This document shows, piece by piece, positions 11,418 to 22,530 of a stretch of DNA of 64,000 bases; within the stretch, counting starts at the first letter, position 1; the number at the start of each line of letters is the position of its first letter. Location: the NCBI GenBank assembly GCA_963842525.1, contig CAWJGT010000003.1, forward strand, positions 640,001-704,000, in the 5' to 3' direction. Under the pieces are notes generated by a model that did no database searches, was not told the DNA's origin, and saw only the letters and a list, made by a program, of their open reading frames with translations. Position numbers and translations under genes: made by a program. This DNA is from an uncultured Holophagales bacterium (GTDB taxonomy: Bacteria; Acidobacteriota; Thermoanaerobaculia; Multivoradales; UBA5704).

Positions 11418-12719
11418 ATGAAGGGCAGGCACAGTCTCCTGGCGCGGCAGATCCGCAGTCACTTCGGGAGCGAGGACGCGGTGCCCGAGCCCTGCCGCTC
11501 CTTGCTCGACGCGGTCGATGCCGCCTACCGCCAGTGGGACGCCGACCGCGCGATGCTCGAGCGCTCCATGGAGCTGAGCTCCGAAGAGCTGATGCAGGCA
11601 AACGCGGCCCTGCGGCAGTCGCTGTCGCTCCTCCAGGCCACCCTCGAATCCACGGCCGACGGCCTCCTGGTGGTCGACCTCCAGGGCCGGATCGTCACCT
11701 TCAACCGGCGGTTCGCCGAGATGTGGCAGATCCCGGACGAGCTGTTGCAGTCCGGGGAGGACGAAAAAGCGATCGCCTTCGTTCTCGACCAACTCGCGAA
11801 ACCCGAGGTGTTCGTCAACAGGGTCCGGGAGCTCTACGCGCAGCCCGATGCGGAAAGCCAGGACGTCCTGGAATTCAAGGATGGCCGGGTCTTTGAGCGC
11901 TATTCGCAGCCGCAGCGGATCGGCGGCCAGGGCGTGGGCCGGGTCTGGAGCTTCCGGGACGTGACCGAGAGACGGCGCGCCGAGGAGGAGCGGGCGCGGC
12001 TGCAGGTCATGGGCGCCCTGGGCCATCTCGTCGGCGGGCTCGCCCACGAGGTGCGCAACCCGCTGTTCGCCATCTCGGCCACCCTCGACGCCATGCTGTC
12101 GACCCTCGACGTCTCGCCGCAGGACGAGGAGCTGCGCCGGACCCTCGACTATCTCCGCGAGCCGACCACCCGGCTGACCGAGCTGATGTCCGAGCTGCTC
12201 GAGTACGGCAAGCCGTTCGGCGGACATCTGTGCCGGGGCTCGCTCGCGCAGGTCATCTGCCAGGCGGTCACGGACTGCCAGGCCCTGGCTGATGCCCGGG
12301 GGGTCCACCTCACCACCCGGCTCGGCGATCCGGAGCTGGCCGTCGGCATGATCCGCCCGCGCCTCGTGACCGCGCTGACCAACCTGATCCAGAACGCCAT
12401 CCAGCACACTCCGCGAGGGGGGACGGTGCTCGTCGAAATGGTCGAGGTCGTGGAAGGCGACCGCGCCTGGGTCCGTTGCACGTTCCAGGACTCCGGCACA
12501 GGCTTCCGGGAGGAAGACCTCGCGAAGATCTTCGAGCCCTTCTTCACCCGCCGGAAGGGCGGCACCGGGCTGGGGCTGTCGATCGTCCAGCGGATCGCCG
12601 AAGAGCAGAGAGGCTGCATCCGGGCGGGAAACCGTCCCGAGGGCGGCGCGATCCTGACCCTCGATCTCCCGCCGTGGAGAGAGCCGGCCGGCTCCTCAGG
12701 CGTCCTGCAAGAGGGCTGA
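11418..12719 (+). CDS. PAS sensor histidine kinase
   Basis: PAS domain, AHEVRNPL H-box, NLIQNA, DSGTG, FEPFF, GTGLGL. Confidence 0.92.
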   Translation: MKGRHSLLARQIRSHFGSEDAVPEPCRSLLDAVDAAYRQWDADRAMLERSMELSSEELMQANAALRQSLSLLQATLESTADGLLVVDLQGRIVTFNRRFAEMWQIPDELLQSGEDEKAIAFVLDQLAKPEVFVNRVRELYAQPDAESQDVLEFKDGRVFERYSQPQRIGGQGVGRVWSFRDVTERRRAEEERARLQVMGALGHLVGGLAHEVRNPLFAISATLDAMLSTLDVSPQDEELRRTLDYLREPTTRLTELMSELLEYGKPFGGHLCRGSLAQVICQAVTDCQALADARGVHLTTRLGDPELAVGMIRPRLVTALTNLIQNAIQHTPRGGTVLVEMVEVVEGDRAWVRCTFQDSGTGFREEDLAKIFEPFFTRRKGGTGLGLSIVQRIAEEQRGCIRAGNRPEGGAILTLDLPPWREPAGSSGVLQEG

Positions 12720-14282
12720 GAGCCTGTGAAAAAATCCCGGTAAGCGGTTCGTAGCGGAGCGTATCCATGAGATACTTACTGCATGAGCGACACTCTGTTC
12801 CCTATCCTGCGCCGGAAGTGAGTGCTGAGCCGCAAAGCGAAAGGGGTTCCTCGTTTGGTGGTTCTAACGGTCGCAGATGGAACTGCGCGTGGACCTGGAA
12901 AGTCTTCTGCCGCCGGATCACGTTGCGCGTGCGTCTGGGAGTTCGTGGAGTCCTGGATCTGAGCCCTCTGTACGCGGAGGTGCAATCGGTGGAGGGGGGT
13001 GCGGCGTCAGCCATCGACCCGCGGATCTACATGGCCTTATGGTTGTACGCACGATTGAGGGCGTGGGCAGCGCGCGAGCCTGGAGCGTCTGACGCTTCAA
13101 CACGATGCGTATCGGTGGATCTTGGGGGGTGTATCGGTGAACGACCACTCTTTGTCGGACTTTCGGGTGCAGCACGAGGAATTTCTCGATCAGGTGCTGA
13201 CGCAGAGCGTGGCGGTGTTGATGGAGCAGAAGCTGGTGACACTGAACCGTGTGTCGCAGGACGGCATCCGTGTGCGTGCCAGTGCCGGTGCGGCCTCGTT
13301 TCGGCGTCAATCGAGTCTGGAGCGCTGTCTACAAGAGGCACAGGAGCAGGTGAACGCCTGCGCGAGGAGCTGGAGAAAGACCCGGAGGCGACGAATCGTC
13401 GTCAGACGGCAGCCCGGCAGCGCGCGGCGGAGGACCGCCAGCATCGGGTCAAGGCGGCGTTGGCGCAGATGGCAGAGGTTGCGGCCAAGAAGCCAGCGGA
13501 GAAGAAAGACCAGGCGCGGGTGTCGACGACGGATGCCGAGGCACGGGTGATGAAGATGGGGGATGGAGGATTTCGTCCAGCGTACAACGGTCAGTTTTCG
13601 GTCGACGCCGAGACGCAGATCGTGGTGGGAGTGGATGTCAGCAACAGCGGCAGCGATCAGGGTCAGTTGGTGCCGATGCTGGAGCAACTGGAAGAGCGCT
13701 ATGAAGTGATTCCGCCAGAGAGCTTGGTCGATGGTGGTTTTGCCGGTTTGAAAGATATCGAGAAGGCCAGCGAGTTGGGCACCACGGTCTATGCGCCGGT
13801 CGCCAAGCCGAAGGACAAGACGCGCGATCCGTATGTGCCTCTGTCGACCGATTCACCGGCAATCGCGCAGTGGCGCCAACGCATGGGCACACCGGAGGCC
13901 AAAGAGATCTACAAGCAGCGGGCGTCGAGCGTGGAATGTGTCAACGCTCTGGCTCGCAACCGCGGGCTGCAACGTCTGTTAGTGCGAGGCCTGCACAAGG
14001 CCCGAGCGGTGCTGCTTTGGTTCGCCATTGCCCACAACCTGATGCGCACCCTCTCGCTGGGCGCGGGCTGCGTCGCATCGGCATAAAGGTCAGGGCCTCG
14101 CGGCGAAAAGGAGGGTAATTCCCCTGTCCAAGTCTGTTTTCGACCGCTTGTCGCTGCCTTAGCTCGCGTCGGATACGATGTGGCCCCTGACCGCGCACGC
14201 TTTAGGATACCTCACATCTATTATGCGCCTTGTTACCGCCCTCCGCCTTCCAATCTCGGACCCGCGATTCCTTCACAGCCTC
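12720..14282. mobile_element. IS1182-family-like insertion sequence
   Basis: Imperfect terminal IRs GAGCCTGTGAAAAAATCCCGG / GAGGCTGTGAAGGAATCGCGG; CTGAG(A) repeated at both junctions. Confidence 0.85.
12783..14086 (+). CDS. IS1182-like DDE transposase, frameshifted
   Basis: LLPPDH.AR, QDGIRVRASA, STTDAEARVMK..GFRPAYN, DGGF, YKQR..VE. Confidence 0.85.
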
Positions 14283-14636
14283 TGAGACCACCTCGGCGAT
14301 GGTCGGCAGCGGCTGGGGTTTGTGCAGGACGGCGTGCACGCCGCGCCGCCGGGCTTCCAGCTCCACCTCGGACGAGCCATAGGCGGTCAGGAGGATCACC
14401 TTGGTGTCCGGCGCGATCCGTCGCACGGCGGAGATGATCTCCAGCCCTTCCGTGCCGGAGCTGCCGCTGAGCCGCAGGTCGGCGATCACCACGGCATAGT
14501 GCTCTCGGGCCAGCAGCTCCTCCGCCTCTTCCTGGACCCGGGCCGTATCGACCGTAAAGCCCTGCCGGCCGAAGAACAGCTCGAGGGCGAAGAGGATCGC
14601 CGGTTCGTCCTCGACGATGAGGAGCCGCTTCTGCAT
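14202..14636 (-). CDS. Single-domain response regulator with IS-derived C-terminus
   Basis: LLIVEDE, DLRL, LTAYG, HKP; last 26 aa are read from IS sequence. Confidence 0.88.
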   Translation of the reverse strand: MQKRLLIVEDEPAILFALELFFGRQGFTVDTARVQEEAEELLAREHYAVVIADLRLSGSSGTEGLEIISAVRRIAPDTKVILLTAYGSSEVELEARRRGVHAVLHKPQPLPTIAEVVSEAVKESRVRDWKAEGGNKAHNRCEVS

Positions 14637-14653
14637 CGCGTCGTCCTCCATGC

Positions 14654-15844
14654 TCAACGCCCGTTCAGATACTCGACGGCCCGCTTGAGCCCGCCGAGGG
14701 TCAGGTCCTCCATGCGGAAGACCTCGGCGATCTTGTGGAGGGTGAAGTTGCCATAGGCGCCACCCCAGCTCTCCTGGGGGATGGGGTTGAGCCAGACCGT
14801 ATGGCGGAACCGGTCGCGCAGGCGCTGGAGCCAGACCAGGCTCGGCTCAGCATCCTCGGCCAGGTAGTCGATCGAGCCCCGGCGGGCGAACAGCTCCTCC
14901 GGCGCCATCGAGGCGTCGCCCACGATCAGCAGGCGCGTATCGGGCTTGCGTTTCAGCAGCTCCTCCGTGGGCAGCGGATCCCAGCGTTGCGGATCCTTGT
15001 AGACCTTCCCATAGACCGTGTTATGGAAGAAGTATACGTCACAACGCTTGAACCGGTCCCGCAGCTTGCCGAAGAGGAGACGGGTGAGGGAGACCCAGGG
15101 GAGCATGGAGCTGCCGCCGTTGTCGATCAGCAGCACCACCTCGATGCGGTCGAGCAGGTCGCGGCGGAAGACGAGGTCGATCTCGCCGCCGTTCCTGGCG
15201 CTCTGGTAGACCGTCTCGTCGACGTCGAGCTGGTCGCGGGGGCCCGCGGGCGCCAGGCTCTTCAAGGTGGCGAGCGCCTGGGCGACGTTGCTGCCGTGCA
15301 GGATGTTCTGGTCCGAATAGTCGACGTACCGCCGTTCGCCGATCACCTTGAGCGCGGAGCGGCCGCCTCCGGGGCCGTGGACCCGCACGCCTCCCTTGGC
15401 ATTGCCCGAGTGGCCGAAGGGTGAATTGCCGCCCGTGCCGACCCAGCGGCTGCCGCCGTGGTGGGCCTCCATCTGTTTCTTGAGCGTCTCCCAGAAGCGC
15501 TTCATCAGCTCCTCGGGCGGGAAGGTCCAGATCGCCTGCGGAGGCAGCTCACCCTTGCGCAGGGCCTCTTTGAGCCATTCGCGGAACTGCGGAGTGTCGA
15601 GCAGCTCGGGGTCACCTTCGGCCACCCGCGGCACGTCGATCCCGAAGAAGTGGAAGAGAAAGGCCCGTTCGTAGGCGTCCATCTGCTCGACACGCCGCAC
15701 GAAGCACAGCCGGGCGAACAGGAAGAGCGATTCCAAATCCGGCGCGAGCCCCTTCTCCAGCCCCTTGTAGAAGTCGATCGTGTCCGTCAGGCTGACCGGG
15801 ACGCCGTAGTCGCGCAGGCGGTAGAAGAAGTCGGTGAGGAACAT
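14654..15844 (-). CDS. VWA-containing CoxE-like protein
   Basis: HHGGSRWVGTGGNSPFG, DNGGS MIDAS-like motif, VGDASMAP, WLNP. Confidence 0.85.
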   Translation of the reverse strand: MFLTDFFYRLRDYGVPVSLTDTIDFYKGLEKGLAPDLESLFLFARLCFVRRVEQMDAYERAFLFHFFGIDVPRVAEGDPELLDTPQFREWLKEALRKGELPPQAIWTFPPEELMKRFWETLKKQMEAHHGGSRWVGTGGNSPFGHSGNAKGGVRVHGPGGGRSALKVIGERRYVDYSDQNILHGSNVAQALATLKSLAPAGPRDQLDVDETVYQSARNGGEIDLVFRRDLLDRIEVVLLIDNGGSSMLPWVSLTRLLFGKLRDRFKRCDVYFFHNTVYGKVYKDPQRWDPLPTEELLKRKPDTRLLIVGDASMAPEELFARRGSIDYLAEDAEPSLVWLQRLRDRFRHTVWLNPIPQESWGGAYGNFTLHKIAEVFRMEDLTLGGLKRAVEYLNGR

Positions 15845-15866
15845 GGGGCCGGCTCCCGCCGCTCCT

Positions 15867-16694
15867 TCAGTGCACCACCCGCGGACGCTTGCCGCCGCTG
15901 CGGAAGCTCAGGATGTCTTCGGTCCTCTTGAGCAGCGTGCCGACGAAGGGAACCTTGAGCCGCTCCGGGGTGACGCGGGCATGCTGGAGGGCGGAGAGCC
16001 AGTTGAGGAGCTCGCTGGTGGCCGGAGGCTTCTCGAAGCCGCGCTGGCGCAGCTCGTAGAAGATGCCGAGGGCGGCGTCGAGGAGCCCCTGCTCGATGTC
16101 GGGGAAGTGGAGATGGACGATCTCCCGCATCTGGTCCGGGGTGGGGAAGGCGATGTGGTGGCAGAAGCAGCGGCGCAGGAAGGGATCGGACAGCTCTCGC
16201 TTGGCGTTCGAGGTGATGACGATGAACGGCCGCAGTTCGGCTTTGACTGTCTCGTTGACCTCGCGGATGGTGAACTGGCAATCCTCCAGCACGTCCAGGA
16301 GGTTGTCCTGCACGTCGGACTCGGTCTTGTCGATCTCGTCGAGGAGGAGCACCACCCGCTCTTCGGCCCGGAAGGCGCGGCCGATCGGTCCCCAGGTCAC
16401 ATAGTCGTGAAAGCGGTTGACGTTCCGTCCCGTTCCGTCGATCCCGAAACGGGCGTCGTTCAGCCGGAGCACGGTGTCCTGGACGTAGCAGGACTCCTCG
16501 CCCTTGATCGTCGACTTGCACCGCAGCACCTCGATGGGCATGCCGAGCGCGCGGCTGATCTCGAAGGCGAGCTGCGTCTTGCCTGTCCCCGCCTCGCCGG
16601 TCAGCAGCAGGGGCTTTTCGAGGACGAGGGCCATGTTGACGATCGACCCGAGCTCGGGGTCGAGGTAGTAACGGTCGGTGCCCTGGAATTCCAT
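15867..16694 (-). CDS. MoxR-family AAA+ ATPase (CoxD-like)
   Basis: GEAGTGKT, LLDEIDK, ITSN.KREL.D.FLRRC. Confidence 0.9.
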   Translation of the reverse strand: MEFQGTDRYYLDPELGSIVNMALVLEKPLLLTGEAGTGKTQLAFEISRALGMPIEVLRCKSTIKGEESCYVQDTVLRLNDARFGIDGTGRNVNRFHDYVTWGPIGRAFRAEERVVLLLDEIDKTESDVQDNLLDVLEDCQFTIREVNETVKAELRPFIVITSNAKRELSDPFLRRCFCHHIAFPTPDQMREIVHLHFPDIEQGLLDAALGIFYELRQRGFEKPPATSELLNWLSALQHARVTPERLKVPFVGTLLKRTEDILSFRSGGKRPRVVH

Positions 16695-16761
16695 GCCGTG
16701 GTCTCTCCGTGGTCCTGCGGCCTTTCGGCCGGGGGGAGAGCATAACAGTCCCCTCGGTGCA

Positions 16762-17779
16762 TCACCCCGGCGCTCCGATCCCCAGCTCCTCGCGGAGCCG
16801 GCTCGCCAGTCTGCCGCCCTCCTCGATCCAGCCGCGGACCTCGTCGCCTCCGGCTCCCAGCAGCGCCTCGGGGCCGCTGCGCAGCTTCGCAATGAGAGGG
16901 AGGTAGGCCGGGAGGTGGTGCTCGATCCAGGCGGCTGGCACCTCCTCGGTGTCCAGGAGATCGATCTCTTCGAGCCCGGCCCGGGACCGCAGGCCGAGCT
17001 CCACGCCTTCGCGGAGTGAGGGGAGCGCTTCGACAGGAAATCCTCCGGAGGCGAGCACGGCGGCCATCCGGAGCTTGCGGTCGGCATTGCCGAAGGCCTC
17101 CCGCGCCCGGGCGAGCCGGCGCTCCCGTTCCTCGTCCTTCTCCTGGATTGGAGACTGGTGGAGCAGGCGGCGGCCTTCGGCGGTGAGCTGGAGGATTCCC
17201 GCGGCGGCGAGACGCTCGATCGCCTCGAAGGTGGAACGGTCGATCAGCTCCAGGGAAAGGGGGGTAGAAGTTTGGTCGATCCGCTCCTGGAAGAGGGCTT
17301 CCACCCGGGAGCGTTCGGCGGTGGCGCCGCGGTCGACGACCGCCAGGAGCAGGCACCTCCGGCTCCTCGCCGGTGCGGCGCAGGAAAATCTCGATGCGGG
17401 AGCTCTGGGGCCGCGCTCCGCGGGCCTTTTCGAGCCGCGTCTCGATCTGCGCCAGGACCGCCTCGACGTGCTTGCAGGTCCCCAGGCCGTTGACCTGATG
17501 ATCGGGACAGCCGCAGGAGTTGTCCCGGCGCGTCAGGGATCGGATCTCGACCTCGTATGCGCCGCGCCCGCCAGAAGCCACCTGGAAGGTCCCGAACACG
17601 GGGTGCTCCGGCTCGATGGCTTCGCAGGTCAGCGGCTCGCTCGCCGCCCGTTGCTGCCGCCGCTCGATCTCTTCCTCGTTCGTGGTGCGCCAGCCCCGGG
17701 AGCGGGCAGGGCGCTCGATCACCCGCTGGGCCTTGGCGCCGCGAGGCGGGTCGTCCTGACGTCTCGAAGTCGCTCGCAT
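16762..17779 (-). pseudogene. SWIM zinc-finger protein, probable SWIM-SNF2 helicase remnant lacking the helicase core
   Basis: CGCPD...TCKH SWIM motif joined near 17360 to a helical C-terminal part; no Walker A or DEAH motifs. Confidence 0.6.
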
Positions 17780-17872
17780 GGCGGATCTTTTACCACAAGA
17801 TGCGCCCTCGGTTCTCGGCAGATGACACCGCTCCCAGGAGAGCTCGTCGCGGCATACAATCCTGGGCTCGCC

Positions 17873-18934
17873 ATGAAGAAGCTCCTGCTGGCCCTTCTGT
17901 CGATCGTGCTCGCCCTCGGCGCCGCCGAAGGCGGGCTGCGGCTGTTCTACGGCGCGAAGGAGCCGGAGGACTTCCGTGTGGCGCTCCGCCGGGCCGAGCG
18001 GACCCGCCCGATGCCGGGCGGCAAGCTCACCCTCGGCGAGATGGTGCAGGCCAGCCGTTTCGAGGATGTGGTCTATGAGCTGAAGCCGAACCTCTCAGGG
18101 GTCTTCAAGGGAGCTCCCATCCGCACCAATTCGCGCGGGCTGCGGGGGACGCGCGAGCACAGCCTGGAGAAGCCGCCGGGGACGTTTCGGATCGTCGGGA
18201 TCGGCGACTCGAACATGTTCGGCTGGGGGGTCGGGGAGGGCGAGCCCTATCTCCAGATCCTGGAGCAGCGCCTCGACGAGCTGCCGAACGGCCGGCGGCG
18301 GTTCCAGGTGCTCAACTTCGGCGTGCCCGGCTACAACGCGGCCATCGAGGTCGCCTCCTTCGAGCACAAGGCCCTGGCCTACGACCCCGACCTCGTCGTC
18401 ATCCACTTCATCGGCAACGACTTCGGCCTGCCGTACTTCATGCAGCCGCCCGAGGCCAGGCAGGCCGCGGCCCGTTCCTACCTCTGGCAGCTCCTGGAGG
18501 CCCGCTTCGGATCGTCCCAGGACGAGGTCGACCCCGATCTGCTCGGCCATGACCGCAGCCGGCTCGATCCGGACTACCGGGCGCAGGTGCGCGGCCAGTA
18601 CCAGCACATGCTGGGCACGGACGGCTACAAGCGGGCGATGGCGAAGCTCGCCCGTGTGACGCGCGCGAGGGGCATCCCGGTGATCGTCATGGCCCTCGGC
18701 GACGTCGGGGAGCGGGGCGGCCTCTCCCGCCGGGTGGCGGCGGCGAACGGGCTGGGATTCCTCAACGCGGCACCGCGCTTCTACTCCTACCTGGTCGAGA
18801 ACGGGCTGGGCGCCGACAAGCAGGCGTGGAAGAAGACCTTCCGCATCCCCCGCGACGGCCATCCCAACCAGGTGGCGCACCGGCTCTACGCCGAGGTTCT
18901 GCTCGCGGAGATGGCGCGGCGGGGGCTCGTCTGA
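17873..18934 (+). CDS. SGNH/GDSL hydrolase family protein
   Basis: N-terminal TM, GDS.MFG, NFGVPGYN, GND, DGHPN. Confidence 0.88.
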   Translation: MKKLLLALLSIVLALGAAEGGLRLFYGAKEPEDFRVALRRAERTRPMPGGKLTLGEMVQASRFEDVVYELKPNLSGVFKGAPIRTNSRGLRGTREHSLEKPPGTFRIVGIGDSNMFGWGVGEGEPYLQILEQRLDELPNGRRRFQVLNFGVPGYNAAIEVASFEHKALAYDPDLVVIHFIGNDFGLPYFMQPPEARQAAARSYLWQLLEARFGSSQDEVDPDLLGHDRSRLDPDYRAQVRGQYQHMLGTDGYKRAMAKLARVTRARGIPVIVMALGDVGERGGLSRRVAAANGLGFLNAAPRFYSYLVENGLGADKQAWKKTFRIPRDGHPNQVAHRLYAEVLLAEMARRGLV

Positions 18935-19156
18935 TCTGCCGCAAAATCGTTGCCGCGTAATGTGCGGCGTAATCTTGGCCTCTCATAATGCCCCCAGAGG
19001 TTGAGGCTGGCGGCCCAGACCAGGGGCCAGGGGACGCGCAGGGCTTCGGCTCGGGCGAAGTCCGCGCCAGAGGGTGTAGCACACCAGCCTCAACCTTCCC
19101 TCCACGGCGGTTCTCCCGAGCCGCCTCTTTTTTGTCCAGATGTGCCGGAAAGAGCC

Positions 19157-19900
19157 TCACCATCCCATCATCTCGATCGAATAGGGGAGCATCTTCCGCC
19201 ACCAGGGCCAGTCATGATCGACGTCGTGCCCCCAGACATCCAGGAAGTGGGGGATCTCCTTACGATGGAGCAGCTCCGAGAGCTGCCGCGAGGCGTGCGG
19301 CGCCTCGTAGGCCCCCTGGCCGGTGAGGACGTGGATCTGGCAGGACGTGCGCAGGAGGTGGAGGCTGTGCCCCTCCAGGTTGGGCAGATACCAGGCCGGG
19401 TTGTTGAAGTAGACGTTGTCGTCGCTGTAGCCGTGGAGGTAGTCCGGCGCCAGGTCGCAGAAGCCGCTCATGGCAATGGCGGCGTCGAAGAGGTCGGGCC
19501 GGCGAAACAGTGTGTTGGCCGCATGGAAGCCGCCGAAGCTCGCCCCGGCGGTGGCGACGCGCAGGTCGGGGTTCTGGCAGGCTCCCCGGATGTAGGGGAC
19601 CACCTCCTCCTCGACATAGCGGGCGTAGAGGGCCTGCCGCCGCGCCTTTTCGGGCACGGGCAGCCCCTCGTCCATCCACGACAGCTTGTTGATGCTGTCG
19701 ATCGAGAAGATGCGGACCCGTCCAGCCTCGATCATCGGCCCGGCCGCGCCGACGAGCCCGAAGCGTTCGTTTTCCAGGAAATCCGCCGCGGCGGTGGGGA
19801 AGAGCAGCACGGGGTGACCCCAGTGCCCGTACGAGACGATGGGCATGTCCTTGTCGAGGATCGGGCTGTGCCAGCCGTCGATCTGCTGTCGCAGGTCCAT
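19157..19900 (-). CDS. Putative esterase (alpha/beta hydrolase)
   Basis: YGHWGHP, GASFGG nucleophile elbow, HDWPWW. Confidence 0.85.
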   Translation of the reverse strand: MDLRQQIDGWHSPILDKDMPIVSYGHWGHPVLLFPTAAADFLENERFGLVGAAGPMIEAGRVRIFSIDSINKLSWMDEGLPVPEKARRQALYARYVEEEVVPYIRGACQNPDLRVATAGASFGGFHAANTLFRRPDLFDAAIAMSGFCDLAPDYLHGYSDDNVYFNNPAWYLPNLEGHSLHLLRTSCQIHVLTGQGAYEAPHASRQLSELLHRKEIPHFLDVWGHDVDHDWPWWRKMLPYSIEMMGW

Positions 19901-20047
19901 TCCGCTCCCTCCTGCCGTGAGCTGCCCGGCATGTGGGCGGGGAGGATATCCGGGAGACGGACGGGGGGCAAGCGAAGGCCGTGGGCGAGCTGCACGATGG
20001 CTGTGGTAACCTCCAACGGCGACGCCGTCCCGTCCTTCCGAGCTGCC

Positions 20048-21626
20048 ATGCCGCGCTTCTTCAACACCGCCGGTCCCTGCAATCCGGCCGATCACTACAT
20101 ACTGCCGCCGGAGCGTCGCCTGCCGGATCTGCGGGAGCTGATCGAGCGCAAGCTCTACTTCACCCTCCATGCGCCCCGCCAGTCGGGGAAGACCACCTGC
20201 CTGGAGACCATGGCGCGTCGCCTTGACAGCCGAAGGGAGGTATGCGCCGCAATGCCTCGCAAGCTGCGAGACCGGCCAGACGGCGGGGAGCGATGTGGAG
20301 CGTGGGGTCGGAGCGGTGCTGCAGCTCGACCGAGCGGCGGGCGGCGGAGCTTCCGCCGGATCTTCGGCCTGAGCCGCTCGCAGGCTATGCGGCTATTGAG
20401 GCGGAGAGCCGCTTGGTGGCCTATCTCGACGCCTGGTGCCAGAGACCGCCCGGCCGGTACGTGCTGTTCCTCGACGAGATCGATGCACTGCGTGACGAGT
20501 CGCTCTTGTCGGTGCTGCGCCAGCTCCGGTCCGGGTATTCGACCCGGCCGCCCGCGTTCCCGCAGTCGGTGGCGCTTGATCGGTCTGCGGGACGTCCGGG
20601 ATTACCGCGTCCGGCTCCGTCCGGAAGCCGAGAGCCTCGGGACCTCTTCGCCGTTCAACATCAAGGTCCGCTCCCTCACCCTCGCCAACTTCTCGCAGGA
20701 CGAGGTCGCCGAGCTCTATGGCCAGCACACCGCGGAGACCGGACAGGTTTTCACGCCCGAGGCGGTCGCCCTTGCGTGGGAGTTGACCCGCGGTCAGCCG
20801 TGGCTGGTCAATGCCCTGGCCGCCGAAGATGGTGGACCGTCTGGTGCGCGACCGGGCGGTTGCGGTCGAGGCTCGGCACGTCGAGCAGCGCCAAGGAGAT
20901 CCTGATCGAGCGCCGCGATACGCACCTCGACTCGTTGGTTGACCGGCTGCGCGAGCTGCGCGTGCGGCGCGTCCTCGAGCCGATCCTGGCAGGGGAGCTG
21001 CTCTCTCCCGACCTGTTGGAGGACGACATCCAGTTCGTGAAGGATCTGGGGCTGGTCGTATCCGGCCCGGCGGGCTTGGAGATCGCCAACCCGATCTACC
21101 GCGAGGTCATCCCCCGTGCCCTGGCCTGGGTCGTCCAGGAGTCGCTGCCGGTGCCCCGGGCGCCGTTCATTGCGCCGGACGGGACCTTGCGGATCGATGC
21201 CGCTCCTTGACGAGTTTCACCGAATTCTGGTGCCAGCACGCCGAGTTTTTCCTGGAGCGTCAGCCCTATTCCGAGGCGGCGGCACAGCTCGTCTTCATGG
21301 CATACCTGCAGCGGATCGTCAACGGCGGAGGTTTCATCGACCGGGAGTATGGGGTGGGCCGCGGGAGGATCGACCTCTGTGTCCGCTGGCCGCATCCCGG
21401 CGGCCTTCAGGTCTGGGCGGCCGAGCTCAAGGTCTGGAGGAATGGCCGTCCCGATCCTCTCTCGGAGGGTCTCAAGCAACTCACGGCCTACCTGGCTCAT
21501 CTGGGCCTCGATTCCGGCGCTCTGATCCTCTTCGACGGCCGGCCCGCCACCCCACCCATCCCGGAGCGCTGTGTGCGGACTGAGGTCGAGCACGAGGGCC
21601 GCAGGATCACCATCCTGCGGCTGTAA
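20048..21626 (+). CDS. AAA-like ATPase with C-terminal PD-(D/E)XK-like domain, several frameshifts
   Basis: FFNTAGP, HAPRQSGKTT, LFLDEID, SPFNIK, GQPWLVNAL, REY..GRGRIDL..ELKVW. Confidence 0.82.
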
Positions 21627-21635
21627 GTGTGGGAT
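21388..21635 (+). repeat. 248-bp direct repeat, copy 1 (3' end of the AAA ATPase gene)
   Basis: Nearly identical to 22531..22778. Confidence 0.92.
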
Positions 21636-21649
21636 TCCCCGCTCCCGAG

Positions 21650-21726
21650 CCTCAGGTGCCAGGCACTTATTCTCCTCAGGTGCCAGGCATTTATTCTGGG
21701 GGATCTGCACTTATTCTGGGGGATCT
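21650..21726 (+). repeat. Short tandem repeats with GCACTTATTC core
   Basis: CCTCAGGTGCCAGGCA(C/T)TTATTCT twice, TTATTCTGGGGGATCT twice. Confidence 0.8.
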
Positions 21727-21760
21727 AGACACGGATGGCGGGAACAGGTATTCTCAGTTC

Positions 21761-22069
21761 ATGAGTGCCCGTCCCGCCAGTGCTCCTGGTCAGCCGATCC
21801 TTCTGATCGTCGAGGATCTCGAAGACCCGCGGTTTTCCGTCTCCTCGCCGCTCCGGGTCGAAGCCTACTGGGAGCCCGAAGGGGTGACGGTCCACCATCC
21901 GGAGTCTGACGTTTTCGGCTATGGCAAGGACGAGGCCGAGGCCTTGGACGATTTTCGCGCGGCGCTCGCCGAACTGTTCGTCACCCTGGACAATGACCGC
22001 GTCTCTCTCGGCCCAGCCCTTCAGGGTGTCTTGCGGGTCCTCGATTTCCACCTTCACAAGCGTTCGTGA
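21761..22069 (+). CDS. HicB-like antitoxin
   Basis: DVFGYGKDEAEALDDFRAAL resembles the HicB N-terminal fold. Confidence 0.65.
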   Translation: MSARPASAPGQPILLIVEDLEDPRFSVSSPLRVEAYWEPEGVTVHHPESDVFGYGKDEAEALDDFRAALAELFVTLDNDRVSLGPALQGVLRVLDFHLHKRS

Positions 22070-22076
22070 TCCGCCT

Positions 22077-22355
22077 GTGTCGATCAGCGCCGAGGTCCTG
22101 GACCGAGCCTGGGGGAAGGTGGGGATGTCGGTGCAGGATCGGGGTGTAGACCGATGGGCCTATCTGTTCGTGGATGGCAGGCGAGTCATCGCGACGCGGC
22201 GGTCGAGAGGCTCGGGCAAGATCCCGGGTCAGGTTCCGCACCTGATCCGTCAGCAGATGAAGCTGAACGAGGAGCAATTTCGTGCCTTGGTCGATTGCCC
22301 TTTGACCCGCGAGGGCTATATCCAGATCCTTCGCGACAAGGGCCTTCTCGGGTAG
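22077..22355 (+). CDS. Divergent HicA-like toxin
   Basis: 92 aa; TRRSRG..LIRQQMKL.EEQF..LVDCPLTRE.Y; directly follows the HicB-like gene. Confidence 0.6.
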   Translation: MSISAEVLDRAWGKVGMSVQDRGVDRWAYLFVDGRRVIATRRSRGSGKIPGQVPHLIRQQMKLNEEQFRALVDCPLTREGYIQILRDKGLLG

Positions 22356-22530
22356 ATCTCTCGATGGGGAGAGAGGTGACAAAGACTTCGAAAGCGGCTC
22401 GGGGTCGTGTTGTGCGCGGTAGAGGGTCGTCCTCGGAGTCCTCGGTTTCCAGGTAGGCTTGGCTGAGGATGTCCCCTGCCAGGTAGAACGTTCGGCTGCA
22501 CGGGCCAGGAAACGCATGGCACTTATTCGG

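Noticed and set aside
14654-16694. CO dehydrogenase (cox) cluster
   Set aside because: Only the generic MoxR/VWA pair is present; no coxMSL genes
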